Shown: piece by piece, positions 1 through 9,213 of the stretch
How positions within the stretch are numbered: position 1 is the first letter of the stretch
Layout of the letters: each line of letters begins with the position of its first letter
Virus record (IMG/VR): IMGVR_UViG_3300032677_000029
Span: 148 to 64,147 of that record
Origin: a virus
Taxonomy: Duplodnaviria; Caudoviricetes
DNA length: 64,000 bases
Reading direction: 5' to 3' (one strand)
Notes under the pieces: model-generated
Database searches by the model: none
The model's input: the letters and a program-made list of their open reading frames with translations, nothing else
What the model was told of the DNA's origin: nothing
Position numbers and translations under genes: made by a program

Positions 1-1435
1 TAGTAACACCTGAAGTTGTGCCGTCTACTTGCACCACATTGTTATAGTAAGCCGTTGCTCCTTGAGTTACTAAAAACGCTACAGTTAAAGATTGCCCTGT
101 AGTCATTGCCGTATTTAAAGTTGTACCAGCGGAGAAAGTAAAGTTGGTAGTCCAATTTGCAGAAGCGTTACTTGTGTAATAAAGAACAGACTGAGTAGAG
201 GGATAATAAGCAATCGTTCCTGTAGCCGCTGTTGCACTTACTGTACAAACTTCAGCCGCATTTGTAAGGATGGCGGCTAAAACAGAAGTAGAACCTGTAA
301 ATGATTGAGTGCCTGTCCATGTATTTGTTCCACTTAATGCTATTGGAGTAGACCATGTAGGTGCGCTTGTACCTGCGGAAGTTAATACTTGACCAGTAGT
401 ACCCGCTGCAGTTATAGCATAAGCAGACCCAGTACCATAAACAGCCCCACCAGCCGTAGGAGTAGAAGTAGAGTTTGTACCGCCAGCTAATACTGGCAAA
501 GTACCTGCAGTTAATGCAGAAGACGATGTAGAGTAAATAGCGTTGTTAGCTGCGGAAAAAGTAGTTAACCCTGTACCGCCATACCCAGTAGCAATTGTTA
601 CGCCATTCCAAGTTGAGTTAATTATGCTAGCGTTACCAAAACTTGCAGTAGTATTATTAAAATCATAGCTAGATGGTAAAAGACTGTACGCAATCCAAGT
701 TCCGGCAGTTGTACTATTATCTAGTAAAACCCAGTTATCAATAGACCCACTAATAATTGTATCTAATGTAGTGGATGCGTTATCTACTATAGTTAAGTTT
801 CCTGTTGAGCCATTATTAATACTAAAAACAAATCCTTTTTGCAATGTAGTTGCATCTGGGAGCTTAACAGTTTGTGTAGTTGTTCCAGTAAATCGTTGGT
901 ACTGCGTTGAAGCTACGGTTAAAGTTGTTGTACCGCCAGCTGTTGCAGTGCTTGTATATCCAGCTAAAAAGTTATTAGCAGTTACATTTTGATTAGCGTC
1001 TCTTAATACTACTGAGTTAGCTCCAGAAGAAGTTGTAACACCGGTACCGCCATAAGCAACACCAACTGTAGTGCCTTGCCAAGTACCAGAACTAATAGTG
1101 CCTAATGCAGTAACGTTTCCAGAAGAATCAAGGTTTACAGAGCGCTCAGATGGGTATGTAACAAATACAGTAACGGTACCGCTAAATGTAACTGCAGAAC
1201 CTGAGTTACTAGAAGATAGAATCGTTGTACGAGTTAAGGTAGGCCCAGTAGTTGAATACGTGCCAATACCTACTTCCCAATTACCAGAAGAGTCTGTAGC
1301 TGCGTAGTATGTAGTATTGCCGTTACCAACAACAGCGAAAGACTGAAACCCTGTAACAGAACCGCTTAATGTAAAGCTTACGGTTGTGTTAGCAAAGCCA
1401 GTCTGTTGTACCCGGTCATAAACTACTAGAGCCAT
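1..1435 (-). CDS. Tail fibre-like structural protein (partial, runs off window start)
   Basis: Manually read: AAGGAG RBS, ATG at 1435, MALVVYDRVQQTG...WEVGIGTY...; Thr/Ser/Gly-rich with GGTG/YGGTG repeats. Absent from the ORF track because it is truncated. Confidence 0.8.
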   Translation of the reverse strand, partial: MALVVYDRVQQTGFANTTVSFTLSGSVTGFQSFAVVGNGNTTYYAATDSSGNWEVGIGTYSTTGPTLTRTTILSSSNSGSAVTFSGTVTVFVTYPSERSVNLDSSGNVTALGTISSGTWQGTTVGVAYGGTGVTTSSGANSVVLRDANQNVTANNFLAGYTSTATAGGTTTLTVASTQYQRFTGTTTQTVKLPDATTLQKGFVFSINNGSTGNLTIVDNASTTLDTIISGSIDNWVLLDNSTTAGTWIAYSLLPSSYDFNNTTASFGNASIINSTWNGVTIATGYGGTGLTTFSAANNAIYSTSSSALTAGTLPVLAGGTNSTSTPTAGGAVYGTGSAYAITAAGTTGQVLTSAGTSAPTWSTPIALSGTNTWTGTQSFTGSTSVLAAILTNAAEVCTVSATAATGTIAYYPSTQSVLYYTSNASANWTTNFTFSAGTTLNTAMTTGQSLTVAFLVTQGATAYYNNVVQVDGTTSGVT

Positions 1436-1445
1436 TTAGGACTCC

Positions 1446-2057
1446 TTAGCTAGTAGCGGTTGTAGAATACGTAACGCTTACTGTATCACCAGCAGTTGTA
1501 GTTTTAGCTGTACCAAAAGCACCAGCGCTATACAAAGTACCACCTGTATTGCTGAGTGTAGAAGAAGCGCCAGAACCTGTTACCAAGAAGCAGCCACCAA
1601 CAGTACCGCCAGCGCCAGTAATTGTATAAGTAATAGCTGTTGCAGAAGCTGTTACTACGTTAGAACCGGGAGTTGTATTGCTGTTGCCAGTAGGTGTTGC
1701 AAATACTGCAGTACCACGAACAGCAGAACCGCCAACTGTATACGCAATAAATTCAGACCAGCCAGCGTGGGAAGTCATTGTATCTGTAGGTGAAAAAGTA
1801 TTACCTGTGCCAGATACTAAACCTAAATATGGGCCAACTAAGGCAATAGGTGAAGTCAATAATGTTTGCTGGAACATAAAAATCTTACCAACCTGAACAA
1901 CTTGGTTTGGAAACTCTTCGGTCCACTTTAAATTACCAGAGGCATCCCGGCACTCTACGTGGTAGTACCCTTCGACACCTACAGTTTCGTTATTTATAGC
2001 ATTGGCTTGCAGATTAATTTCTGCGTGATCGCTACAACTTGCTAGTTCTTTTTGCAT
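1446..2057 (-). CDS. Virion structural protein (tail region)
   Basis: 203 aa Thr/Gly-rich beta protein with GGAG RBS, in the structural operon. Confidence 0.7.
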   Translation of the reverse strand: MQKELASCSDHAEINLQANAINNETVGVEGYYHVECRDASGNLKWTEEFPNQVVQVGKIFMFQQTLLTSPIALVGPYLGLVSGTGNTFSPTDTMTSHAGWSEFIAYTVGGSAVRGTAVFATPTGNSNTTPGSNVVTASATAITYTITGAGGTVGGCFLVTGSGASSTLSNTGGTLYSAGAFGTAKTTTAGDTVSVTYSTTATS

Positions 2058-2066
2058 AATTGCTCC

Positions 2067-2492
2067 TTAATTGGAAAAACGAATAATGGCGTTTGAGGCA
2101 TCGTCCGTAGGAAAAGTAATTGTAAAACTCGATACGGGGGTTTTATCCGCCCCAAAATTTAGTACTGCAACCGCTGCGTTTGTGGTGCTATTATATATTA
2201 AAGCACCCCTAGTAGTAAAGTTTGCTGGATTCCAAGTAACAGTATTAAAAGATAAATATGCAGTATATCCGGAGCTAGTCGGCGGAATAATCGTTAGGGT
2301 TTTGCCCCCTGCTGTATACCCTGTACCCACTACTTCGCCCACGGTTGTGTAAATTAACGTTGTATTGTCTAAATTAGCATTGGCTGTATAGAGGGCTATT
2401 TTATAGGTATAGGGGGTTCCAACCGCAAAGTTTTCTAAAGCACTTAGGCAGTTTTGTTTAAATATTGTACATTGGCCTTGAACTATGCTCAT
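2067..2492 (-). CDS. Virion structural protein (tail/neck)
   Basis: 141 aa, KIALYT...GYTAGG...RGALIYN motifs typical of phage structural proteins. Confidence 0.7.
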   Translation of the reverse strand: MSIVQGQCTIFKQNCLSALENFAVGTPYTYKIALYTANANLDNTTLIYTTVGEVVGTGYTAGGKTLTIIPPTSSGYTAYLSFNTVTWNPANFTTRGALIYNSTTNAAVAVLNFGADKTPVSSFTITFPTDDASNAIIRFSN

Positions 2493-3427
2493 GAGCTAAC
2501 CTTAATCCTTGCCTGGCCATCTCTATAGGCATCACCACGTTCTAGGCCGGTTCCAAGGCGGTTTAATTGCATTACGGCTTCTTGGTACTTAGTTTCGTAG
2601 TAACCAATTAAATCGGCTTCGCCCTTCATAAAGAGCATTGCTTCCCGCATTGCACCATAAAACAAAACTGGATCATAGTTATCGCCTAACCATGAAGTTC
2701 CAGTAGTATTAGATATTGCTGATACGGGTACTGAAAATGCCGTATTACTAGACCCTAATGAAACACAAGATAGTACATCACCAACAATATAAAAGTTACC
2801 ACCAAACTTTAAATTAACTGTAGTAACTACCCCGCCTACAATAACAATATCTGCTGTAGCGTTTGCACCTGAACCGCCCGTTAAAGCCACGTTTTGATAG
2901 GTACCATTAGTATATCCTGCGCCCCCAGTTATTGCTCCTAGAGTAGTAATTTGCCCTTGTACAATTGTTGGTGGGTAGTAGTAGTAATGCATTTCTACCG
3001 TATAGTTAGCGTCTGGTGTAGGGGCTACCATTAGAGTCATTTCATTAACATTAGATAGCTGAGAGCCAAATAACGCATAATATTCGGGGACTCCACCCGG
3101 TGTGCCTTGATATGTGGTACCGTTATTTGCAACAGCTGGATACGCTTCACGTAAAAAATTAACGTCTTTATTTAAAAGATATTTATAGTTGTTGCTGGAG
3201 TCAATTACCGCTAAAGAATAATTAGCAAGCCAATCAGTAGGCAAAGAAACGTATTGATTACCAGAAGTAAAGCTACCGGTTACGTTTTTACGCAAAGAAG
3301 GTATTTGAACTGAGTTATATATACGATCTTCAGCTTCCTGTACAAATACAGGGATGTTCGCCACAAACAATGCTTCTGTGTTTTCCGCGTACGACTGAAT
3401 TGAGTTATATAACGTTTCGTAGTTCAT
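2489..3427 (-). CDS. Head-tail adaptor / tail tubular-like protein with inserted beta domain
   Basis: MNYxxL...FVQEAEDRI N-terminus and APTPD..Y.VEMHYY motif; position in the neck gene block. Confidence 0.6.
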   Translation of the reverse strand: MNYETLYNSIQSYAENTEALFVANIPVFVQEAEDRIYNSVQIPSLRKNVTGSFTSGNQYVSLPTDWLANYSLAVIDSSNNYKYLLNKDVNFLREAYPAVANNGTTYQGTPGGVPEYYALFGSQLSNVNEMTLMVAPTPDANYTVEMHYYYYPPTIVQGQITTLGAITGGAGYTNGTYQNVALTGGSGANATADIVIVGGVVTTVNLKFGGNFYIVGDVLSCVSLGSSNTAFSVPVSAISNTTGTSWLGDNYDPVLFYGAMREAMLFMKGEADLIGYYETKYQEAVMQLNRLGTGLERGDAYRDGQARIKVSS

Positions 3428-3609
3428 TATTGCTCTTCAGTTTTAAGCTCTTCTGGGGGTGGCACTTGCGTTTGCGTTTGCGCTTGAATCTTCATCATTA
3501 GCCCATAAGCACCGGTTTTGGTTGGTAAGTCTCCAAGTCCAGCTAGTATACCTTCTACTTCATTTAAGGTTAACTCAAGGTTAATCGGCATTTTTGGATC
3601 TAAACTCAT
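3427..3609 (-). CDS. Hypothetical protein
   Basis: 60 aa ORF translationally coupled to its neighbours. Confidence 0.6.
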   Translation of the reverse strand: MSLDPKMPINLELTLNEVEGILAGLGDLPTKTGAYGLMMKIQAQTQTQVPPPEELKTEEQ

Positions 3610-3884
3610 GCCATTGGCCCTCTTGTTTTAATGCCTTTAGTTGCAGCACCGTAGCCACGCATTGTAAGCTCGCCATTTTTATTTTCTTTAGCGTAATTGC
3701 GTTTGCCTGTACTACCAACAGAAATATTAACTTCATCCATACCATTACCGGCTTTTTGAATTACGTCTTCTTTTGCGCTAGTTGTATTTGGTTGAGGTTG
3801 TTTATAGACACCAATGTCATTACCACCACCTTGCGGGTAAACAAAACCAACGTATTGGTCAGCAGGTTTATTATTTTTAGCCAT
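3606..3884 (-). CDS. Small basic virion-associated protein
   Basis: 92 aa, C-terminal MRGYGAATKGIKTRG motif. Confidence 0.6.
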   Translation of the reverse strand: MAKNNKPADQYVGFVYPQGGGNDIGVYKQPQPNTTSAKEDVIQKAGNGMDEVNISVGSTGKRNYAKENKNGELTMRGYGAATKGIKTRGPMA

Positions 3885-3886
3885 GA

Positions 3887-4072
3887 TTATTCCTGATTAT
3901 TAGCACGAGCTAAGTTACGGCCTACTTTTTTCATAGCTTCTGAAGTAACAGTACTAGCGCCTTTTTTGCCTTTACCACCTTCGATACCAACCGTTGGGCC
4001 GGAATCCCCTAAATTTTTACCTTTAGTTTTGCCTTTGGACTCAATGCCATTGGCGCCTGATTTAAATGTCAT
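3887..4072 (-). CDS. Small basic virion-associated protein
   Basis: 61 aa Lys/Gly-rich, GIESKGKTKGKNLGD motif. Confidence 0.6.
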   Translation of the reverse strand: MTFKSGANGIESKGKTKGKNLGDSGPTVGIEGGKGKKGASTVTSEAMKKVGRNLARANNQE

Positions 4073-4081
4073 AATTTATTC

Positions 4082-4510
4082 CTAATTAACTGTTACTGTT
4101 ACTGTACCTACTTGCCCTGTTGCAATCAAGTAATTTGGCGTTAATGCTGTATCAAAACTACTTGCTCCACCTACTGGGGACCATCCCCACTGAAATTGCC
4201 TACTACCCATATCAGGAGTACCAAATCCAGATTGCGAAGTACCCCCAGTATTACTTGTTTGTATTCCATTATTACCAGATACTGTATAGCTTACATCAGG
4301 TCTTGGTTCTCGTACTGCTTGTGGGTCATTTACTGGATACAAACCAAGAGATAATTGTGGTTGATCCGGATCCCAACAAGAAGGACAAACTTTAATCTGA
4401 TACAACTTAGTTTTAATTATTTCCTTCTTTAATTCCTTAAGCATATACCGCTGCGCACACCTATCGCACTCAGCAATTGCCCATTTACCTGAAGCATATT
4501 TTGATGGCAT
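4082..4510 (-). CDS. CxxC-CxxC zinc-finger protein of the morphogenesis block
   Basis: CDRC...CPSC pairs followed by DPQAVREPRPD. Confidence 0.65.
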   Translation of the reverse strand: MPSKYASGKWAIAECDRCAQRYMLKELKKEIIKTKLYQIKVCPSCWDPDQPQLSLGLYPVNDPQAVREPRPDVSYTVSGNNGIQTSNTGGTSQSGFGTPDMGSRQFQWGWSPVGGASSFDTALTPNYLIATGQVGTVTVTVN

Positions 4511-4518
4511 TTAATACC

Positions 4519-5475
4519 TTAATAAAATAGTACTCTAGGTACAAATCTAATAGCCGCTTTTTCTCTATCTTCATCTGATGCTAATTGCCACTGCTGTTCG
4601 TAATCGCCTTTTAACATCATAATACGACTAGGATCAACGCCTTGTATCTTAACAGCTAAATTATAAGCCAATCCAGCCACCATAGCGGTAACTAAACGAA
4701 ATGGAATGTCCTCAATATTTGAACCGTTTCCGGCATCTTGCATACGACGTAGGCGGTAGTACACAAATGTATACTGATTACCTGGAGAATTAGGAGTAGG
4801 CCAAACATTAATACAAGGCAGGTTATTTACATATACGCTATCTAGTGCATTGTGTGGGGCTGCTACTGTACCGTTTTGACCACGCCAAGCGTTCAGAATC
4901 TGATTTCCAACAATGTTTTGGTATCCAATAGTCTCTGTAACACCAGCTGTTGTAATGTTAATAAAGCCCTGTGTAGGAAGCTTAGAAGCATCTGTGAGGG
5001 TTATAGTTGTATCTGTGGCAGATATGGGATACCCAGTAGCGATGGTAGTGGCTGGAAGGGCTGGAATGTTACCTGATTGGCGGTTTACATAGACTTGAAT
5101 TGGACGACCATTAGCGTTCTTATTAGGAATCGTAATGTAGGTAGACTCTGAAATCCGAGTAATATTAATGTCAATCTGGTTGTTGCCTTGCCCATTATTA
5201 GTACGAACTACGGTATCTAGTAGGTCAATGGTATCCACAGGAATAGGGTAAATAGCCTGTCCTGTATTCATAACGATCTGCTGCTGCTCTACTGTCCATA
5301 AGTTAATACCTCTATTAGCCCACTCAATAGTAAGCAGGTTGAGGCTTCGCCGCGCTGTGCGTAGGTCATATCCAGTACGTAGTTCTTTTCCGCAACGCTC
5401 AAATGCCTCTTCGACTAAGTCGTTGAGGTTTAAGTTAAATATGCTTAATCCAGAAGTGGAAGCTGTAGTTGCCAT
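4519..5475 (-). CDS. Tail tubular protein A / head-tail connector-like protein
   Basis: 318 aa; EEAFERCG...ARRSLNLLTIEWANRGINLWT N-terminus typical of podoviral adaptor proteins. Confidence 0.6.
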   Translation of the reverse strand: MATTASTSGLSIFNLNLNDLVEEAFERCGKELRTGYDLRTARRSLNLLTIEWANRGINLWTVEQQQIVMNTGQAIYPIPVDTIDLLDTVVRTNNGQGNNQIDINITRISESTYITIPNKNANGRPIQVYVNRQSGNIPALPATTIATGYPISATDTTITLTDASKLPTQGFINITTAGVTETIGYQNIVGNQILNAWRGQNGTVAAPHNALDSVYVNNLPCINVWPTPNSPGNQYTFVYYRLRRMQDAGNGSNIEDIPFRLVTAMVAGLAYNLAVKIQGVDPSRIMMLKGDYEQQWQLASDEDREKAAIRFVPRVLFY

Positions 5476-5660
5476 TACTTAACCTTCTTTGCAGTTTTCT
5501 TAGGAACTGGTTTCTTTACTGCTGGTTTAGTTGTAGTTTTTTTAAGCGTTGGTTTACGCTTTGCTTTTGGGGCTTGTTCTACCGGAAAAGGCCATGCTTC
5601 AATTTTTGGGGTTTTATCCTCAAATTTACTTAATGCCCATTCTAAAATCTTCTTAATCAT
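5475..5660 (-). CDS. Small Lys-rich protein
   Basis: 61 aa with histone H1-like Lys/Pro/Ala tail. Confidence 0.55.
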   Translation of the reverse strand: MIKKILEWALSKFEDKTPKIEAWPFPVEQAPKAKRKPTLKKTTTKPAVKKPVPKKTAKKVK

Positions 5661-5790
5661 TTTGTTCCCACATTATTCCGAGTCGTACGATTAATAGGTC
5701 TATAACAAAAAAGCTTTCGTCGCCGTCATCTACAATCTCAAACCCAAGCGAAACGCCTTTGATAAGATGTAGAAAAATAGCCCAACTCAC
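5653..5790 (-). CDS. Small hypothetical protein (45 aa)
   Basis: Manually read GTG-start ORF MSWAIFLHLIKGVSLGFEIVDDGDESFFVIDLLIVRLGIMWEQND; fills the gap with a GTGA overlap. Confidence 0.5.
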   Translation of the reverse strand: MSWAIFLHLIKGVSLGFEIVDDGDESFFVIDLLIVRLGIMWEQND

Positions 5791-6074
5791 TTTTTAAACC
5801 CTTTTAAGGTTTCCGCCAGTCTAGCCCGCTTACCCACCTTGCCGGGCTTTTTTGCAGCTGCAGCTAATTTAGCTGACGGAATCGGTTTACCGGCTTTAGC
5901 GCCTAATTCTTTACGTAAGGCACCGGGTTTCTTAATTGCGTCGGCAATCCAGTTTTTCTTTACAGCGCCACCTTCAGCATATTGGGTAAAGTCAGTATTA
6001 TCCCGGCGTTTTTTAACTACCGGTTTACCCATTTTAGAAGGGGCAATATCACCCATACCACGACTTGGTCTCAA
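5787..6074 (-). CDS. Small basic virion-associated protein
   Basis: Probable TTG start at 6074 (MRPSRGMG...); YAEGG and NWIADAIKKPGALRKELG motifs. Confidence 0.6.
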   Translation of the reverse strand: MRPSRGMGDIAPSKMGKPVVKKRRDNTDFTQYAEGGAVKKNWIADAIKKPGALRKELGAKAGKPIPSAKLAAAAKKPGKVGKRARLAETLKGFKK

Positions 6075-6075
6075 T

Positions 6076-6525
6076 TTAGCACCATGTACCTTTGGTTTTG
6101 CCTTTAGAAGCAATACCGTCAGCACGACTAGAAGCTGAACCGCCTTTAGCCATTTTCTTAGCAGCTTTACCGCCACCGCACATACCGCCTTTAGCCATTT
6201 TAGTAGCGCCAAATTCTTTTGGACCTACTGTAGCCATTTGAGCATCGCCTAAGTTTTTACCTTTAGTCATGCCACGTTTTTGAACAGCCGATTCACCAAA
6301 CTTAGTTAATTTGTTTGATCCTTTTTCTACATCCATAGACATAGTTTTTGGTCCCATAGTTTCTTTCATAGCAACTCCGCCTTTTTTAAGTGAGATTTTA
6401 GTACCTTTACCGCCTTTGTGTTCTTGAGCATCATGCTCTTTAAACGCTTTTTTAATCATAGCAACATCTTGTTTTTTATCCGCTGCTTCTTCTTTACGGT
6501 CATCAACCTTAGATTCTTTTTCCAT
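6076..6525 (-). CDS. Basic MAKGG-repeat protein
   Basis: 149 aa; LKKGG, two MAKGG, and RADGIASKGKTKG. Confidence 0.65.
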   Translation of the reverse strand: MEKESKVDDRKEEAADKKQDVAMIKKAFKEHDAQEHKGGKGTKISLKKGGVAMKETMGPKTMSMDVEKGSNKLTKFGESAVQKRGMTKGKNLGDAQMATVGPKEFGATKMAKGGMCGGGKAAKKMAKGGSASSRADGIASKGKTKGTWC

Positions 6526-6534
6526 ATTATTTCC

Positions 6535-6783
6535 TTACTTTACGAATTTTTCAAATAACGCTACAATTAAACCACCAAATAAAACTGCAATTACATTAAA
6601 TACAGTATGCATGGTTCTTCTACTAGCGGTTTGTTCTCCAAGTAGTCTTTGTATTTCGGCTAGACATTTTTTAACTTCTTCCATGTCTTTAACAAGTTTG
6701 TCCATATCTGCCTGTAAATGCTCAATATCATTAGCATGTGTTGCCAACTCTCTGGCAGTTTCGATTGGGTTAATATTGTTCAT
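6535..6783 (-). CDS. Coiled-coil protein with C-terminal transmembrane helix (XhlA/holin-like)
   Basis: Heptad N-terminus and hydrophobic VFNVIAVLFGGLIVALF. Confidence 0.55.
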   Translation of the reverse strand: MNNINPIETARELATHANDIEHLQADMDKLVKDMEEVKKCLAEIQRLLGEQTASRRTMHTVFNVIAVLFGGLIVALFEKFVK

Positions 6784-7043
6784 TTAGAGCCACATTTCCA
6801 GCGCTTTAAACTAGCAGCCTTACGGGTAGGTTTGCCATTTTCGTCTTTCATTGGCCCGGGCATACCCGACATACGTGCGCAGAACGACTTCTTCCTAGCC
6901 CCACCTTCAGGCTGTGGAGCCTTTAGATTAGAGCCTGTTTTTGCATTATATTTCTTGCGGCCTTTTTCAGTGAGACCAGCCCCTTTCGAGACTGGAAGTT
7001 TCTCACCACGCCCAACTGCAAGAGAAGGAGTCTTCTTAGCCAT
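6780..7043 (-). CDS. Conserved basic phage protein (DUF6321-like)
   Basis: GLTEKGRKKYN...GSNLKAP...RKKSFCARM...SLKRWKC motif. Confidence 0.6.
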   Translation of the reverse strand: MAKKTPSLAVGRGEKLPVSKGAGLTEKGRKKYNAKTGSNLKAPQPEGGARKKSFCARMSGMPGPMKDENGKPTRKAASLKRWKCGSK

Positions 7044-7578
7044 ATTGAACTGTTTGGTAAGTAATATTACTTACATTAACATAAAGACCGTTATTAACTA
7101 ACATACCTTCGCCTTGAAATAATACTTGGAAAGGTTGAACTGCGGTACCTGTATTGTAACTAGTTAGCCATTTATTTGGGTAAACACTATTTGTATTAGC
7201 AATAGCATTAGAAACATAAGCGCAAGCCGTAGCAGTGCCGATAGTACCAGTATTAATATCAGTAATAGTAAATGTATCTACAGTAAGTTTAGTAATTACG
7301 TAATTTCCAGCCGTAGCAGAAACACTAGATAGCGCAGAAAAAGTAATACCAATAGCTTGCCCCGTCAACAATCCGTGTGCTGTAGAAGTTACTGTAACTG
7401 TATATCCAGAACGTGTATACGTACCAGTAGTTACAGGAGCTATATTGGTATCAAATACGTCAATACCACCAGCAGTACCAGTACCTTGATACACTAAGTT
7501 TTTAAGGCGTAAACGCCCCGATACCATAAAACCAGAACCGCTATTATGTGAGCCTTTTACGTCATATTGCATTGTCAT
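7036..7578 (-). CDS. Putative capsid decoration / structural protein
   Basis: 180 aa beta-rich, with TVTVTSTAHGL module; downstream of the capsid gene. Confidence 0.55.
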   Translation of the reverse strand: MTMQYDVKGSHNSGSGFMVSGRLRLKNLVYQGTGTAGGIDVFDTNIAPVTTGTYTRSGYTVTVTSTAHGLLTGQAIGITFSALSSVSATAGNYVITKLTVDTFTITDINTGTIGTATACAYVSNAIANTNSVYPNKWLTSYNTGTAVQPFQVLFQGEGMLVNNGLYVNVSNITYQTVQYG

Positions 7579-7627
7579 AATTAATCTCCTAAAGATTTAA
7601 GTTGGGGCCGTAGCCCCGTGGGATTAA

Positions 7628-8116
7628 TTAGACTACTTCAACGCCAGTATCGTATACGTTATAGTGAAGGAATCCAGTAATTGATCCAACGCCAGAAGTA
7701 TTAGAGGCAGAAGTAACAACAACTAAATTAGTTGCATTAGCTACGTTACCTAAAGAGGCGCCGCCGGTTGCAGCACCAACAGCTACTACACCACGAGAAA
7801 CTGCAGCATTAGATAATAAACCTGTTGGAACGTTTGTCCCAAGAGTAGGGGTTTGGCCTGCGCCTACACCAGATAATGGAGTAAAGCCCATATTAACAGT
7901 GCCAGATGTACCAGCCGTACTAACAGTAATTGAAGTAACTACTGCATTAGCTGGAAGAACAAGGGCTTCACCGCCAGAAATATTAGTTACATTTGCTGTT
8001 GCTGCTGCATTAGCTATATAAAAAGGCGTATACATACCCATTGAACCTGCTTGAGCAGTACGAGTTGAATCACCACCTGTTGAGCGCCAAACGCTCGAAG
8101 TTGTTGCTGTTGCCAT
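7628..8116 (-). CDS. Putative capsid decoration protein
   Basis: 162 aa Ala/Thr/Gly-rich, LPANAVV motif; immediately after the capsid gene. Confidence 0.55.
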   Translation of the reverse strand: MATATTSSVWRSTGGDSTRTAQAGSMGMYTPFYIANAAATANVTNISGGEALVLPANAVVTSITVSTAGTSGTVNMGFTPLSGVGAGQTPTLGTNVPTGLLSNAAVSRGVVAVGAATGGASLGNVANATNLVVVTSASNTSGVGSITGFLHYNVYDTGVEVV

Positions 8117-8130
8117 AATAAATTGTCCTT

Positions 8131-8198
8131 ACATACAAGATAAACCTATTAATCGGTATGTCGTCTGCCGGGAGCAGTTTAATAGGCCGGATTCCCGG
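8131..8198 (-). ncRNA. Pseudoknotted RNA element downstream of the capsid gene (Mu-gpT-DE-like)
   Basis: Crossing complementary pairs on the minus strand: CCGGGA/UCCCGG, CCUAUUAA/UUAAUAGG, ACAUAC/GUAUGU; ends at the AAGGA RBS. Confidence 0.5.
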
Positions 8199-8240
8199 TT
8201 TAATTGATATTACTACAAATATGCGGAAATGCAAGTAATT

Positions 8241-8272
8241 AAAAGAAAAAACCCCGCCTTTTGAGCGGGGTC
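8241..8272 (-). terminator. Rho-independent terminator after the major capsid gene
   Basis: ACCCCGC-TCAAAAG-GCGGGGT hairpin followed by a T-rich tract on the minus strand. Confidence 0.85.
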
Positions 8273-8294
8273 TAAAGTCGTGGACTTTAAGGTA

Positions 8295-9203
8295 TTAGGC
8301 TCCAGCGGAACCGTACATACCGAGGGGATCAGACCAACCGAAAGAATAACGCTCACGAGACTTGTAACGAACGTTACCTGTATCGAAATCGCCGTCCATA
8401 GACTGGCTGAGTGGGGTACGAACAAAGTGTTTCATACCATTTGGAACATCAGTTGTCAAGAACCATGCGTTTGTATCTGTCAAGAAATGGTTAATTGTGT
8501 AACCTTCTGAAACAGAACCGTTGTTCTTGAGTGCGTTGATGTCATTGTCGTTTGTACCAACACGGAGTTCTGTCTCGAGCAAACGAGTAGCAACGAACTG
8601 GAGTGAAGGTGGAACGATCAATTTCTTAGGTTTAGCAGCAATTAACAGACCACGTTCATCAGTCCACAGGGAGATTTGAATTACAGCGGCTTCCAAAGAA
8701 GTCTCATTCAAGTCGGCTGGGGTTGAAGGAATGTTGCTGTTAGTACCACCAGAAACCAAAGGATGTGCAGCGGAGAACAATGCTACGCCGTCACCACCAG
8801 TGTAAGAAGAGCTAAAACCGTTGTTTAATACGGCAGCAGCTTTTACTTGCTTGGTGTATGCCATAGCACGAGCCAAAGCCTTGGTGTAACGAGCGGATAA
8901 CGAGTCATACAAGTTATCTTCGATAGCTTCTTCAGTCAAGCTGAAGCCCAAAGCGATTGTTTCGTGGTTGTAGCGTGCAGTCCATGCTTCTTGTGCATTG
9001 TCATACGCGATGGCTGAGCCTTCGTTTTTGACTGGAGCAGCGCTGAAGCCTGACAGTTTGGTTTCTTCTTCAAAAGAACGCTCAGAAGTCTCTGTTTCGT
9101 AGATTTCTTTATGTTCTTCACCGTAGCGAGCGTACTCGAGACCGAATAATGCATTCAATCCTGGGAGCAACTCTTTCAGTAGTTGTGCGCGTGAAATAGC
9201 CAT
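8295..9203 (-). CDS. Major capsid protein (Mu gpT-like, HK97 fold)
   Basis: MAISRAQLLKELLPGLNALFGLEY start, PKKLIVPPSL, RERYSFGWSDP end; followed by a terminator. Confidence 0.9.
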   Translation of the reverse strand: MAISRAQLLKELLPGLNALFGLEYARYGEEHKEIYETETSERSFEEETKLSGFSAAPVKNEGSAIAYDNAQEAWTARYNHETIALGFSLTEEAIEDNLYDSLSARYTKALARAMAYTKQVKAAAVLNNGFSSSYTGGDGVALFSAAHPLVSGGTNSNIPSTPADLNETSLEAAVIQISLWTDERGLLIAAKPKKLIVPPSLQFVATRLLETELRVGTNDNDINALKNNGSVSEGYTINHFLTDTNAWFLTTDVPNGMKHFVRTPLSQSMDGDFDTGNVRYKSRERYSFGWSDPLGMYGSAGA

Positions 9204-9213
9204 TTATAGCTCC

